This document shows positions 9,372-19,293 of a DNA stretch of 64,000 nt, one piece after another. The notes beneath the pieces were generated by a model. It was not told the DNA's origin and did not search any database. It saw nothing but the letters and a program-made list of their open reading frames with translations. The position numbers and the translations under genes are program-made. How positions within the stretch are numbered: the stretch's first letter is position 1; every line of letters starts with the position of its first letter. Source of the DNA: Bacilli bacterium (GTDB lineage: Bacteria; Bacillota_I; Bacilli_A; RFN20; CAG-826); NCBI GenBank assembly GCA_045628045.1, contig JAZQOV010000002.1, forward strand, positions 32,001 to 96,000, written 5' to 3'.

Positions 9372-10619
9372 ATGGTCAAGAAAGATTTATCAATTACCTT
9401 TTTAGGAGTTAAATTCCCAAACCCATTCTGCTTATCTTCTTCACCAGTTGGTAACTGCTATGACATGTGTAAGAAAGCTTATGAAACTGGTTGGGGTGGC
9501 GTTGTCTTTAAGACAATTGGTCCAAAATCATACTTCATTGATGAAGTTTCACCACGTTTCGATAAGTTAAACAAGGAAAATACTCCATTTGTTGGTTTCA
9601 AAAACATGGAACAAATCGCAGAACATTCTCTTGAAGAGAACTTACGCGATTTAAAGAGACTTAAAAAAGAATTCCCAAATCAAGTTCTTATCGCATCCAT
9701 TATGGGTAACGACGAAGCAACATGGGAAGACCTTGCTCGTAAAGTCACAGAATGTGGCGCAGATATGATTGAAATGAACCTTTCATGTCCACAAATGACT
9801 TCACACGCAATGGGTTCTGACGTTGGTTCTAACCCAGAACTTTGTAAGAAATATTGTCAAGCCGTTAAACGTGGAAGTAAACTTCCAATGATGGCAAAAA
9901 TGACACCAAACATTACTGATATGGTGCCAGTTGCCAAAGCATGTCTTGAAGGTGGCGCAGATGGTATTGCTGCAATCAATACAATCAAATCAATTTGTAA
10001 TATCGACTTAGAAAAGAAAGTTGGTTTACCAATTGTCGATGGAAAATCCGCAATTTCAGGTTACTCTGGAAAAGCAGTTAAACCAGTTGCACTTCGTTTC
10101 TTACAACAAATGAGACAAGCTGATGGCTTACATGATCTTGAAATCTCCGGTATCGGTGGTATTGAGACATGGGAAGACGCTGCAGAATTCATTCTTGTTG
10201 GTGCAAAAACACTTCAAGTTACCACTGCAATTATGCAATATGGTTACCGTGTTGTTGAAGATATGAAAAATGGTCTTCAACACTACATGGAAGAACAAGG
10301 TGTTGATCACTTAGAAGACCTTGTAGGTCTTGCAAACAAGAATATCATTCCAGCAGAGAACTTAAATCGTGACTATATCGTCCGTCCAAATATTGATTTA
10401 GACAAATGTATTAAATGTGGTCGTTGCTACATTTCTTGCTATGATGGTGGTCACCAAGCAATCGAATGGAATGAAGAAAAACGTGAACCAAGCTGCAACA
10501 CTGATAAATGTGTTGGTTGCTTACTCTGTGGCCACGTTTGTCCAGTTCATGCAATTACACCAGGTAAGATCACAATCAAACCAGGTCGTAAATGCAACGC
10601 TAAGGATATTAAGCTTTAA
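9372..10619 (+). CDS. preA: Dihydropyrimidine dehydrogenase subunit PreA
   Basis: [36 protein letters not shown], and two C-terminal 4Fe-4S motifs. Confidence 0.93.
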   Translation: MVKKDLSITFLGVKFPNPFCLSSSPVGNCYDMCKKAYETGWGGVVFKTIGPKSYFIDEVSPRFDKLNKENTPFVGFKNMEQIAEHSLEENLRDLKRLKKEFPNQVLIASIMGNDEATWEDLARKVTECGADMIEMNLSCPQMTSHAMGSDVGSNPELCKKYCQAVKRGSKLPMMAKMTPNITDMVPVAKACLEGGADGIAAINTIKSICNIDLEKKVGLPIVDGKSAISGYSGKAVKPVALRFLQQMRQADGLHDLEISGIGGIETWEDAAEFILVGAKTLQVTTAIMQYGYRVVEDMKNGLQHYMEEQGVDHLEDLVGLANKNIIPAENLNRDYIVRPNIDLDKCIKCGRCYISCYDGGHQAIEWNEEKREPSCNTDKCVGCLLCGHVCPVHAITPGKITIKPGRKCNAKDIKL

Positions 10620-10628
10620 TTTATAATT

Positions 10629-10663
10629 AAAAGTGGATCGTGATGTTTCATGCATCCACTTTT
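10629..10663 (+). terminator. Intrinsic terminator
   Basis: AAAAGTGGAT...ATCCACTTTT. Confidence 0.65.
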
Positions 10664-10765
10664 ATTATACTTTTTTAAAAATTAACGAAAATTAGCTAAA
10701 AAATGTTAAAAATTTTTAAAAATTTGTAAAAAATCGCTTAATTTTATTAAAAAGTCGTTTTTCGC

Positions 10766-10794
10766 TTGCGTACTCGCATGTAAACGTTTACAAT
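10766..10794 (+). promoter_or_regulatory. gdhA operon promoter with cre/LacI-type palindrome
   Basis: TTGCGT, 17 nt, TACAAT. Perfect palindrome TGTAAACGTTTACA at 10779-10792 overlaps the spacer and -10. Confidence 0.65.
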
Positions 10795-10888
10795 AATGCT
10801 GTTCTCATTATGAAAATGTTTAAATTTCGTAATTAAAATAATCCTCCATTAGGGGGATTTTTTAGTTTTTCGAAGGAAAGGAAACATA

Positions 10889-12238
10889 ATGTACAAGAGT
10901 AAATATTTGAACAAAGTTCTTCGCGAAGTTAAAGCAAAGAACAAAGGACAAAAGGAATTTATCGGTGCTGTCGAAGAATTCTTCGACTCAATGGATTTCG
11001 TTGTCGACAAAGAACCAAAAATTGAAAAGTTCTCAATCATCGAAAGAATTGTTGAACCTGAAAGAGTTGTCTCATTCAGAGTTCCATGGGTTGATGACAA
11101 AGGCAAAATCAGAGTTAACACTGGTTATCGTGTTCAATTCAACTCCGCAATTGGTCCTTACAAAGGCGGTATGAGATTTGATAAGTCAGTTAACCTTTCA
11201 ATTCTTAAATTTTTAGGATTTGAACAAACATTCAAAAACTCATTAACAGGCCTCCCAATGGGTGGTGGTAAAGGTGGAGCAGACTTTGATCCACGCGGAA
11301 AATCCGATGGTGAAGTTATGAGATTCTGTCAATCACTTATGACCGAACTCTTCCGTCACATTGGTCCAAACACAGACGTTCCTGCTGGCGATTTAGGCGT
11401 TGGCGCACGTGAAATTGGTTTCATGTTTGGCTACTACAAGAAACTTAGAGATGAATGGTCAGGAACATTCACTGGCAAGAATTTCTCTTATGGTGGATCA
11501 CTTGGTCGTCCAGAAGCTACAGGTTATGGACTTCTCTACTTTGTAGAAGAAATGTTAAAAGAATTTGAAAAGACCTCAATTAAAGGCAAGAAAGTTATGA
11601 TTTCAGGTTCAGGCAAGGTCGGCGGTATGGCTGCTGAAAAATGTCATGAACTCGGCGGTGTTTTAGTTGCTATGTCTGATATTGAAGGTTACGTCTATGA
11701 TCCAAACGGACTCGATGTTCCATATATTAACGCTAAAGCTAAAGCAAAAGGCATGTTCTCAAAAGATTATGCTGCTGATCACAAAGGCGTTAAATTCGTT
11801 GCAGGCCCACGTAACATGTGGCACAACGTAAAATGTGACATTGCACTCCCATGTGCTACACAAGGTGAAATTCACATTGAAGAAGCTAAGGCAATTAAGG
11901 CTAATGGCGTTAAGATGCTTGTCGAAGGCGCAAATATGCCATGTGACGTAGAAGCAATTCGTTTCTTTAACACAAATGGCGTATTATTTGCCCCTGGAAA
12001 AGCCGCAAACGCTGGCGGTGTCGCAGTTTCTGGCTTAGAAATGTCACAAAATGCTCTTCACTTAAGCTGGACATTCGAAGAAGTCGATGCAAGACTCAAA
12101 CAAATCATGAAAGACATTTTCAAGAAATGTCATGATACAGCAGTCAAATATGGTCAACCAACCAATATTGCATTAGGTGCAAATATTGCAGGATTTGAAA
12201 AAGTCATGGATGCCATGATTGCACAAGGAGTTTGCTAA
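10889..12238 (+). CDS. gdhA: Glutamate dehydrogenase (GdhA family)
   Basis: GPYKGGMRF, GGGKGG, DVPAGD, RPEATGYG, KAANAGGVAVSGLEMSQN. Confidence 0.95.
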   Translation: MYKSKYLNKVLREVKAKNKGQKEFIGAVEEFFDSMDFVVDKEPKIEKFSIIERIVEPERVVSFRVPWVDDKGKIRVNTGYRVQFNSAIGPYKGGMRFDKSVNLSILKFLGFEQTFKNSLTGLPMGGGKGGADFDPRGKSDGEVMRFCQSLMTELFRHIGPNTDVPAGDLGVGAREIGFMFGYYKKLRDEWSGTFTGKNFSYGGSLGRPEATGYGLLYFVEEMLKEFEKTSIKGKKVMISGSGKVGGMAAEKCHELGGVLVAMSDIEGYVYDPNGLDVPYINAKAKAKGMFSKDYAADHKGVKFVAGPRNMWHNVKCDIALPCATQGEIHIEEAKAIKANGVKMLVEGANMPCDVEAIRFFNTNGVLFAPGKAANAGGVAVSGLEMSQNALHLSWTFEEVDARLKQIMKDIFKKCHDTAVKYGQPTNIALGANIAGFEKVMDAMIAQGVC

Positions 12239-13455
12239 TGGCCTTTTCGACCATTAAAGCTCCTCACATTCTTCTCCCAAAAGCGGGTGTAGACATGAAC
12301 GCATGGGCAGTTATTGCCTGCGACCAATTTACATCTCAAATGGATTATTGGGATGATGTCGAAAAGTTGGTGGGTAAAAAACCATCAACTCTTCGCATGA
12401 TGTTCCCAGAAGCATATCTTGGAAAGGTTGACGATGTTAAATTTATTAACAAAGTTAATAAGACAATCCAAGAATACTTAGATACCAACGTTTTAGTGGA
12501 TCAAGGCGAATGTTTCATTCTTGTTGATCGTAAAACCTCAGTTGTCGAAAGACGTTTAGGTCTTATGATTGCAATTGACCTTGAAGATTACACTTATGAA
12601 AAAGGTGTTAAATCTCTCATACGTGCATCAGAAGCTACTATTGTAGACCGCATTCCTCCAAGACTTAAAATTAGAGAAAATGCTCCAGTAGAACTTCCAC
12701 ATATTCTATTCTTATTTGATGACAAGAAACGCAAAATCATTGAGAAGTTATATGCCAAACGCGATAAATTAGAAAAAGTCTATGACTTTGAACTAAATAA
12801 AGATGGCGGGCATATTAAAGGATATAAAATCACTAAAACAGAACCAATCATTAAGAAATTCGAAAAACTTCTTAAGAAGAATGGTAATGGATTATTATTC
12901 ATTGTTGGTGATGGAAACCATAGCTTAGCAACTGCTAAAGCACATTGGGATAAGATTAAAGTTTCACTTAGTGAAGCTGAAAGAAAAACTCATCCAGCAA
13001 GATACGCTCTTGTTGAAGCATTAAATATTTACGATGAAGGTTTGATTTTCGAACCTATTCATCGTGTTGTATTTGATGTTGGTGATTCATTCTTACCTGG
13101 ACTTCGTAAAGCCCTTGGTGGCGAATACGAATCATATACTTATTCCACCAACGGTGGAAAAGAAAAACTTATGATGCCAAAAGTTGGCCCAGAAGCATAC
13201 GAAAAAGTTCAAGCGTATGTTGATGGCTACCTTAAAGCACATAAGGAAGCAAGCGTCGATTACATTCATGATGAGGATCAAACAATCGAAGTTGCTAAGA
13301 AACATCCAGGAAGTGTTGCATTAATTATGCCAGCACTTACCAAAGGCGATATATTCGATTACATCGCAAAAGACAAAGTCTTACCGAGAAAGGCATTCTC
13401 GATGGGACACGCTACAGAAAAACGTTATTATCTCGAATCACAGAGAATTAAATAA
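12238..13455 (+). CDS. DUF1015 family protein
   Basis: WAVIACDQFTSQ, IRASEATI, VGDGNHSLATAK, LPRKAFSMG. Start placed at the ATG coupled to the gdhA stop (TAATG). Confidence 0.85.
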   Translation: MAFSTIKAPHILLPKAGVDMNAWAVIACDQFTSQMDYWDDVEKLVGKKPSTLRMMFPEAYLGKVDDVKFINKVNKTIQEYLDTNVLVDQGECFILVDRKTSVVERRLGLMIAIDLEDYTYEKGVKSLIRASEATIVDRIPPRLKIRENAPVELPHILFLFDDKKRKIIEKLYAKRDKLEKVYDFELNKDGGHIKGYKITKTEPIIKKFEKLLKKNGNGLLFIVGDGNHSLATAKAHWDKIKVSLSEAERKTHPARYALVEALNIYDEGLIFEPIHRVVFDVGDSFLPGLRKALGGEYESYTYSTNGGKEKLMMPKVGPEAYEKVQAYVDGYLKAHKEASVDYIHDEDQTIEVAKKHPGSVALIMPALTKGDIFDYIAKDKVLPRKAFSMGHATEKRYYLESQRIK

Positions 13456-13473
13456 CAGAAAGGAAGTAAATCA

Positions 13474-14556
13474 ATGAGTAGAATTTACAACTTCTCCGCA
13501 GGACCAGCTATGTTACCAGAGGAAGTCCTCAAAACAGCAGCAGCGGAAATGCTTGATTGCCACGATTCAGGCATGTCGGTCATGGAAATGTCACACCGTT
13601 CCAAAACTTACCAAGCAATTATTGACGAAGCTGAAGCAGATCTTCGTAAATTAATTGGTATTCCAGAAAACTATAAAGTTTTATTCCTTCAAGGCGGTGC
13701 TACACTTCAATTTGCCATGATTCCAATGAACTTCATGGTTAAAGGAAAAGCAGATTACATTAACACTGGTGTTTGGACAAAGAAAGCCATCAAAGATGCA
13801 AAACTCTATGGTGAAGTTAACGTTGTCGCATCAGGCGAAGAAGGTGGATTTAAGAAAATCCCAGATCTCAAAGGTGTTAAGTTTGACAAAGATGCAGACT
13901 ATGTCTACATCTGTGACAACAATACAATCTTTGGTTCAAAATACAAAGAATATCCAGAAACAGGTGATATTCCATTAATCGCAGATATGTCATCATGCTT
14001 CTTATCAGAACCAATCGATGTTAAGAAGTTCGGCATGATTTATGCAGGTGCACAAAAGAACGTTGGCCCAGCTGGCGTTACAATTTGTATCATCAGAGAT
14101 GATCTTCTTGCACGTACACCAAAGATTCCACTTGCAGCATATTTAGACTATAGAATTCATGCTGAAAATGGTTCTATGTACAACACTCCTCCAACCTATG
14201 GTATTTACATTTGTGGTTTAGTCTTCAAATGGTTACTTAAGACTGGCGGACTTGAAGCAAGACAAAAACTCAACGAAGAAAAGGCAGCATTGCTTTATGA
14301 ATACCTTGATTCTTCAAAACTCTTTACTCCATACGTTGATAAAGCATCACGTTCATTAATGAACGTTACATTCAGAACTCCAAGCGATGAAATGGATGCT
14401 GAATTCCTCGAAGGTGCAAAGAAATACAGATTTACAAACCTTAAAGGACACCGTTTAACTGGTGGTCTTCGTGCATCAATCTATAACGCTATGCCAATCG
14501 AGGGTGTTAAAGCTCTTATTGCATACATGAAAGAATTCGAAGAGGCACACAAATAA
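13474..14556 (+). CDS. serC: Phosphoserine aminotransferase
   Basis: NFSAGPAMLP, EMSHRS, AGAQKNVGPAG, YNTPP, GLRASIYNA. Confidence 0.95.
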   Translation: MSRIYNFSAGPAMLPEEVLKTAAAEMLDCHDSGMSVMEMSHRSKTYQAIIDEAEADLRKLIGIPENYKVLFLQGGATLQFAMIPMNFMVKGKADYINTGVWTKKAIKDAKLYGEVNVVASGEEGGFKKIPDLKGVKFDKDADYVYICDNNTIFGSKYKEYPETGDIPLIADMSSCFLSEPIDVKKFGMIYAGAQKNVGPAGVTICIIRDDLLARTPKIPLAAYLDYRIHAENGSMYNTPPTYGIYICGLVFKWLLKTGGLEARQKLNEEKAALLYEYLDSSKLFTPYVDKASRSLMNVTFRTPSDEMDAEFLEGAKKYRFTNLKGHRLTGGLRASIYNAMPIEGVKALIAYMKEFEEAHK

Positions 14557-15683
14557 TGAAGGTTTTATGTCTAAATAAAATCAGCCCAGTTGGAATGAAG
14601 GTTTTACCTTCATCCTACACTGTGACTGAAGATATGAATGAAGCAGGTGCAATTCTTGTTAGAAGTGCAAACATGCTTGAAACTGTTCTTCCAGCTGGCG
14701 TTTTAGCAGTTGCTCGTGCAGGTGCAGGTGTCAACAACATCCCACTTGAAGCATACGCAAAAGCAGGTGTTGTTGTTTTCAATACACCAGGCGCAAATGC
14801 TAACGCAGTTAAAGAACTCACAATTGCAGCAATGCTTCTTGCAGCTCGTGATATTCGTGGCTCAATGGAATGGGTCAAGGAAAACAAGGGTGATGAACTT
14901 ATCAATAAGTCCATGGAAAAAGCAAAAGGCGCATTCGCAGGAACCGAAATCATGGGCAAAACCCTTGGTATTATTGGTTTAGGCGCAATTGGCGCTTTAG
15001 TTGCTGGTGCTGCTGGTGCACTTGGAATGCATGTTATTGCAGTTGAACCAAGCGCAGCAACAGTCGAAAGAAACAAACACCTCTGTCCAGCAGATTTAGA
15101 AGTTGTTTCATATGATGAGCTTTATGCTCGTGCTGATTATATTTCAGTTCACGTCCCACTATTAGACGCAACTAAAGGAATGATCAACAAAGCAGCATTT
15201 GGCAAAATGAAAGACGGCGTTATCCTTGTTAACTGTGCACGTGATGCAATTGTTAATGATGATGACCTTAAAGAAGCCATTGCAGCAGGAAAAGTTCGTA
15301 GATACGTTACAGACTTCCCTAACTTCAAGACTGCTAATATGGAAGGTGTCGTTGCAATTTCACACTTAGGTGCTTCAACTGAAGAAGCTGAAGACAACTG
15401 TGCAGCAATGGCAGCAAAACAAGTTGTCGACTATGTCGAAAACGGTAATATTATCAATTCAGTCAACTACCCAAGAATTGATCTTGGTGCAAAAACAGGT
15501 ACTCGTGTTGTCGTTTTATTCGAAGGCGACCACGTTGCAGAAATTACTGGAATGCTCAAAGCAACTAAACTTGCTTCAGGCATGAAAGGTAACTTCGGTG
15601 CTGTTGTAGCAGAAGTTGCTTCAGTCGATGAAGCTGCTCTTAAAGCTGTAGCAGGCGTTACAAGAGTTGTTGTTATTAAATAA
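14556..15683 (+). CDS. serA: D-3-phosphoglycerate dehydrogenase (SerA-like)
   Basis: RAGAGVNNIP, NTPGANANAVKE, GLGAIG, HLGASTEEAE; degenerate C-terminal ACT-like domain. Confidence 0.88.
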   Translation: MKVLCLNKISPVGMKVLPSSYTVTEDMNEAGAILVRSANMLETVLPAGVLAVARAGAGVNNIPLEAYAKAGVVVFNTPGANANAVKELTIAAMLLAARDIRGSMEWVKENKGDELINKSMEKAKGAFAGTEIMGKTLGIIGLGAIGALVAGAAGALGMHVIAVEPSAATVERNKHLCPADLEVVSYDELYARADYISVHVPLLDATKGMINKAAFGKMKDGVILVNCARDAIVNDDDLKEAIAAGKVRRYVTDFPNFKTANMEGVVAISHLGASTEEAEDNCAAMAAKQVVDYVENGNIINSVNYPRIDLGAKTGTRVVVLFEGDHVAEITGMLKATKLASGMKGNFGAVVAEVASVDEAALKAVAGVTRVVVIK

Positions 15684-15701
15684 TTAACTCAATGACAAAT
15701 T

Positions 15702-15727
15702 AAGCATCGCTTCGGCGGTGCTTTTTT
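15702..15727 (+). terminator. Intrinsic terminator
   Basis: AAGCATCGC-TTCG-GCGGTGCTT followed by a T-run. Confidence 0.8.
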
Positions 15728-15769
15728 GTTATTTATTATTATCGCTATACATAGTATAATGTTAAAGCA

Positions 15770-16948
15770 ATGGAAGAAATTATTATTAATAAAATTGATA
15801 ATAAACTTGTAATTAAACTCTCCGGAAAAATTGAGTCAACTTTTGCTGAGGCTCATGGAGAAGAAATTTTCTCTAAAATAACTCAACAAGATGATGTAAC
15901 TATTGATCTAGAAGATGTTTCATATGTTTCAAGTGCAGGGCTTCGCATTATTTTAAAGTGTGCAAAGCTCGCTAAGACAATTGAAGTAATCAACGTTGAT
16001 GTTGATGTTTATGAAGTCTTTTCAATAAGTGGTTTTACTGAAATGATTAAGATTAAACGCGCTAAACGTGTTTTATCTATTGAAGGAAAAGAAGTTATTG
16101 GACAAGGCGCTAATGGCAAAGTTTATCGTTACGACATTGATACCATTATTAAAGTTTATAGAGAAGGCACAAACATGGATGACATTGAGAACGAAATCGC
16201 AATGTCTAAGAAAGCTTTTATACTTGGAGTTCCTACAGCAATTCCGTTTGATATTGTTCGTATTAAAGAAGGCGGCTATGGCTGCGTTTACGAGCTTCTA
16301 AAAAGTGATGTTATGAGCAATTTAATCGTGAAAAACCCGGGAAAAACCGGCAAATTCACTGAATTATTTGCTTCTGCATTATCTGCTTTTTTACATACTG
16401 AAACTTATGACGAAACTCTCCCAAAGAAAACTGAATATGTAAATGAATGGATTGAATATTTTGAAGAAAATAAAATTTATTCTCCAGATGTAATTTCAAA
16501 GATTAAAAAATTAATTTCTACAATTGCTGATGGACATACTTTAGTTCATGGTGATTTTCATATAAAGAATATTATGTTTCAAAATGATGAACCAATCATA
16601 ATTGATATGGACACATTAGGCGTTGGTCATCCACTCTTTGAAATTGCTTATTCTTATTATGCAATGGTTGCTTATGATGAATTAACACCAGAAAAAACAT
16701 TAGATTTCTTTGGTATCGATTATGAAATTACAAAGAAAATTTATGAAGATACTTTCAACATAGTTTTCAAAGATAAAAGCGAAGAAGAACGCAAAGATAT
16801 CCAGGAAAAAGCATCGTTTTTGGCACATTTGCGCATTTCTTACCGCGCAAATCACCATGTTCCATCTGACCATCATAAAGCACAACATGCAGTGCAATAT
16901 GTTCTAGATAACATTGATAAATTTACAACATTGGATTTTAAAATTTAA
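15770..16948 (+). CDS. STAS (anti-sigma antagonist) domain fused to APH/choline-kinase-like phosphotransferase
   Basis: N-terminal IDLEDVSYVSSAGLR STAS motif; IGQGANGKVY, HGDFHIKN and IIDMD kinase motifs. Confidence 0.85.
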   Translation: MEEIIINKIDNKLVIKLSGKIESTFAEAHGEEIFSKITQQDDVTIDLEDVSYVSSAGLRIILKCAKLAKTIEVINVDVDVYEVFSISGFTEMIKIKRAKRVLSIEGKEVIGQGANGKVYRYDIDTIIKVYREGTNMDDIENEIAMSKKAFILGVPTAIPFDIVRIKEGGYGCVYELLKSDVMSNLIVKNPGKTGKFTELFASALSAFLHTETYDETLPKKTEYVNEWIEYFEENKIYSPDVISKIKKLISTIADGHTLVHGDFHIKNIMFQNDEPIIIDMDTLGVGHPLFEIAYSYYAMVAYDELTPEKTLDFFGIDYEITKKIYEDTFNIVFKDKSEEERKDIQEKASFLAHLRISYRANHHVPSDHHKAQHAVQYVLDNIDKFTTLDFKI

Positions 16949-16950
16949 TT

Positions 16951-17715
16951 ATGAAAAAGACTAAATTAGTTTTGCTATTAGCATTGTCATCACTTCTTAC
17001 TGGATGTTCATTTTTGGAATCTTTCATTAACAAAACAGGATCCGAAACAAATCATCAGCAACAAAATGAAGAAACTCATCATGAGGATGGTGGAAACACC
17101 CAAACTGATGATGATGGCGGAAACACCCAAACTGATGATGGCGGTGGAACAACACACATCGATGATGGCGGAACAAGTGATTATCACCCTACAAATAACG
17201 CGCTTTCTTTAGAAGATTACACCAGTTTTGAGTTTCATGATGGTCATGAACCTGAATATAATGATGCTTGGAATTTCTATTATGGTGATTCTCATAATCC
17301 AAACGGATGTTTATGGGAGAATCCAAATGAAAGCGTAGATTATTCAGGTATTGAATTTAAAAAGAATTGTTTTATTGTTTCTCCAAAATTTAATTCTTGG
17401 AACAAACTTGAGATTCGTTTTAATTTTTGGTTCACACTTCATACATCTGATAAATACAGTGCAGTGAATGGTCAACCTCAATTTAAATTAGAGATGTATA
17501 ACTCGAGCGATAAACTTATTTCGGTTACAGATATTGTGATTGAGAAGTCAGATGTTCCTACTAATAATACAACTAGAGAAATTAGAACTTACATCTTTGA
17601 ACCAACTGCAACATTCTTTATTTTAAGATGGAATAATTACGTTCCAAATAAGCAAGGTGGTTATGGTCAAATCTTATGTGATGCCACATTAAAAGGATGG
17701 CCATACGATAGATAA
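16951..17715 (+). CDS. Lipoprotein of unknown function
   Basis: Signal peptide with lipobox LTGC, low-complexity linker, aromatic-rich C-terminal domain. Confidence 0.8.
   Translation: MKKTKLVLLLALSSLLTGCSFLESFINKTGSETNHQQQNEETHHEDGGNTQTDDDGGNTQTDDGGGTTHIDDGGTSDYHPTNNALSLEDYTSFEFHDGHEPEYNDAWNFYYGDSHNPNGCLWENPNESVDYSGIEFKKNCFIVSPKFNSWNKLEIRFNFWFTLHTSDKYSAVNGQPQFKLEMYNSSDKLISVTDIVIEKSDVPTNNTTREIRTYIFEPTATFFILRWNNYVPNKQGGYGQILCDATLKGWPYDR
17086..17166 (+). repeat. 27-bp in-frame tandem repeat (two near-perfect units, one degenerate)
   Basis: GATGGYGGAAACACCCAAACTGATGAT at 17086 and 17113, degenerate unit at 17140; encodes DGGNTQTDD. Confidence 0.85.
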
Positions 17716-17733
17716 AAATATTCGATAAAATAA

Positions 17734-17763
17734 GAAAATACCGCGGAAATCCACGGTATTTTC
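17734..17763. terminator. Bidirectional terminator
   Basis: GAAAATACCG...CGGTATTTTC between convergent genes. Confidence 0.75.
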
Positions 17764-17778
17764 AATATTTATTGTTTA

Positions 17779-18696
17779 TTATTTAATTATTGTTCCGGCC
17801 TTGCCTTCGAATGCTTCTGGAGCTTTTGCAAGTGATGAAATTACTGCTGTTTTACCTGGAGCATTATTTAGGAATTTAACGCAAGCATTTACTTTTGGAT
17901 ACATACTTCCTTTTGCAAAGTAATCTGTCTTTAAGTAATCTTCCATTTCAGCTTTTGTAACCTTTTCAAGTTTCTTTTGATCTGGTTTATTGAAGTTAAT
18001 ATAAACATTATCGACTGCTGTTAAAATTACCAAATAATCTGCACCAACAAGTTCTGCAACTTTTGCTGATGCGTAATCTTTGTCGATAACTGCGGCAACG
18101 CCTTCTAATTTTCCTTTATTTTCAATTACAGGAATACCGCCTCCGCCTGCACAGATGACAATGTCACCTTTTTTGACAAGTGAAGAGATTGATTCTTTTT
18201 CAATAACATCGATTGGAAGTGGTGAAGCAACAACTCTTCTCCAGCCACGGCCTGCATCTTCTTTAATTGCGTATCCTTTTTCTTTTGCTAATTTTTTAGC
18301 TTCTTCTTCAGAATAGAATGCACCGACAGGTTTGGTTGGGTTTTGGAACATTGGATCGTTCTTATCAACAAGAACTTGTGACACAAGTGTCACAACATTT
18401 CTTTGAATTCCTTCTTCTTTTAATGCATTATAAATAGCATTTTGAATATGGAAACCAATGTAACCTTGGCTCATTGCGCCACATTCTGGGAATGGCATAT
18501 CTGGTGCGGAAGTTGATTCTGTAAATGCGAGGTTAATCATACCAACTTGTGGTCCGTTTCCGTGCACTAAGATAACTTCGTTACCAAGTTTGATGAGGTG
18601 GACAATTGATTTTGCAACCCCAACTAAAAGTTGCTTTTGTTCTTCGGCATTATTACCGAGAGCGTTTCCACCAAGTGAAACTACATATCTAGACAT
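17779..18696 (-). CDS. arcC: Carbamate kinase
   Basis: VSLGGNAL, HGNGPQVG, NPTKPVG, RRVVASP, GGGGIPV, VIDKD, GSMYPKV. Confidence 0.93.
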   Translation of the reverse strand: MSRYVVSLGGNALGNNAEEQKQLLVGVAKSIVHLIKLGNEVILVHGNGPQVGMINLAFTESTSAPDMPFPECGAMSQGYIGFHIQNAIYNALKEEGIQRNVVTLVSQVLVDKNDPMFQNPTKPVGAFYSEEEAKKLAKEKGYAIKEDAGRGWRRVVASPLPIDVIEKESISSLVKKGDIVICAGGGGIPVIENKGKLEGVAAVIDKDYASAKVAELVGADYLVILTAVDNVYINFNKPDQKKLEKVTKAEMEDYLKTDYFAKGSMYPKVNACVKFLNNAPGKTAVISSLAKAPEAFEGKAGTIIK

Positions 18697-18808
18697 AAAA
18701 ATCTCCTTGAAACACTATAATTATAGCGGTTTCATAGCAAATCATGTATAAAATTACATAATATTTGCAAAGATTGTGATACAATAATTGACATATTGGA
18801 GTACAAAT

Positions 18809-19288
18809 ATGAAAACTAGATCAAATATTACATGGGATGAATACTTTATGTCTATGGCTGTTTTAAGCAGCCAAAGAAGTAAAGATCCACACACAAAAGT
18901 TGGAGCTTGTATTGTAGACGAAGATCACAAGATTGTTTCAAACGGATACAATGGAATGCCAATTGGATGCGATGAAGAAAAGCTTTCTTGGGAAAGAGGC
19001 GAAGGTTTAGATTCTAAATATCTTTATGTTTGCCATGCAGAATTTAATGCTATTTTAAACACAAGAGATGGTTCACACCTTAAAGGTTGTACTCTTTATG
19101 TAACACTTTTCCCTTGCAATGAATGCACAAAAGCAATCATTCAAAAAGGAATTAAAGAAGTTGTCTATATGGACAACAAATATGCCGATACTACCGAAAC
19201 TAAAGCATCTGCAAAAATGCTTAAACTTGCTGGTATAAAAACTAGAAAGTACGAAGGTAGATTAATTAACTTTACTTTTAGTAAATAG
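18809..19288 (+). CDS. dCMP deaminase
   Basis: WDEYFM, RSKDP, HAE and PCNEC zinc motifs; start at the ATG after GGAG. Confidence 0.9.
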   Translation: MKTRSNITWDEYFMSMAVLSSQRSKDPHTKVGACIVDEDHKIVSNGYNGMPIGCDEEKLSWERGEGLDSKYLYVCHAEFNAILNTRDGSHLKGCTLYVTLFPCNECTKAIIQKGIKEVVYMDNKYADTTETKASAKMLKLAGIKTRKYEGRLINFTFSK

Positions 19289-19293
19289 TCAAA

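Noticed and set aside
14615-15397. Long antisense ORFs within serA, and similar shadow ORFs elsewhere
   Set aside because: Explained by the codon bias of the sense genes; no SD or recognisable motifs.
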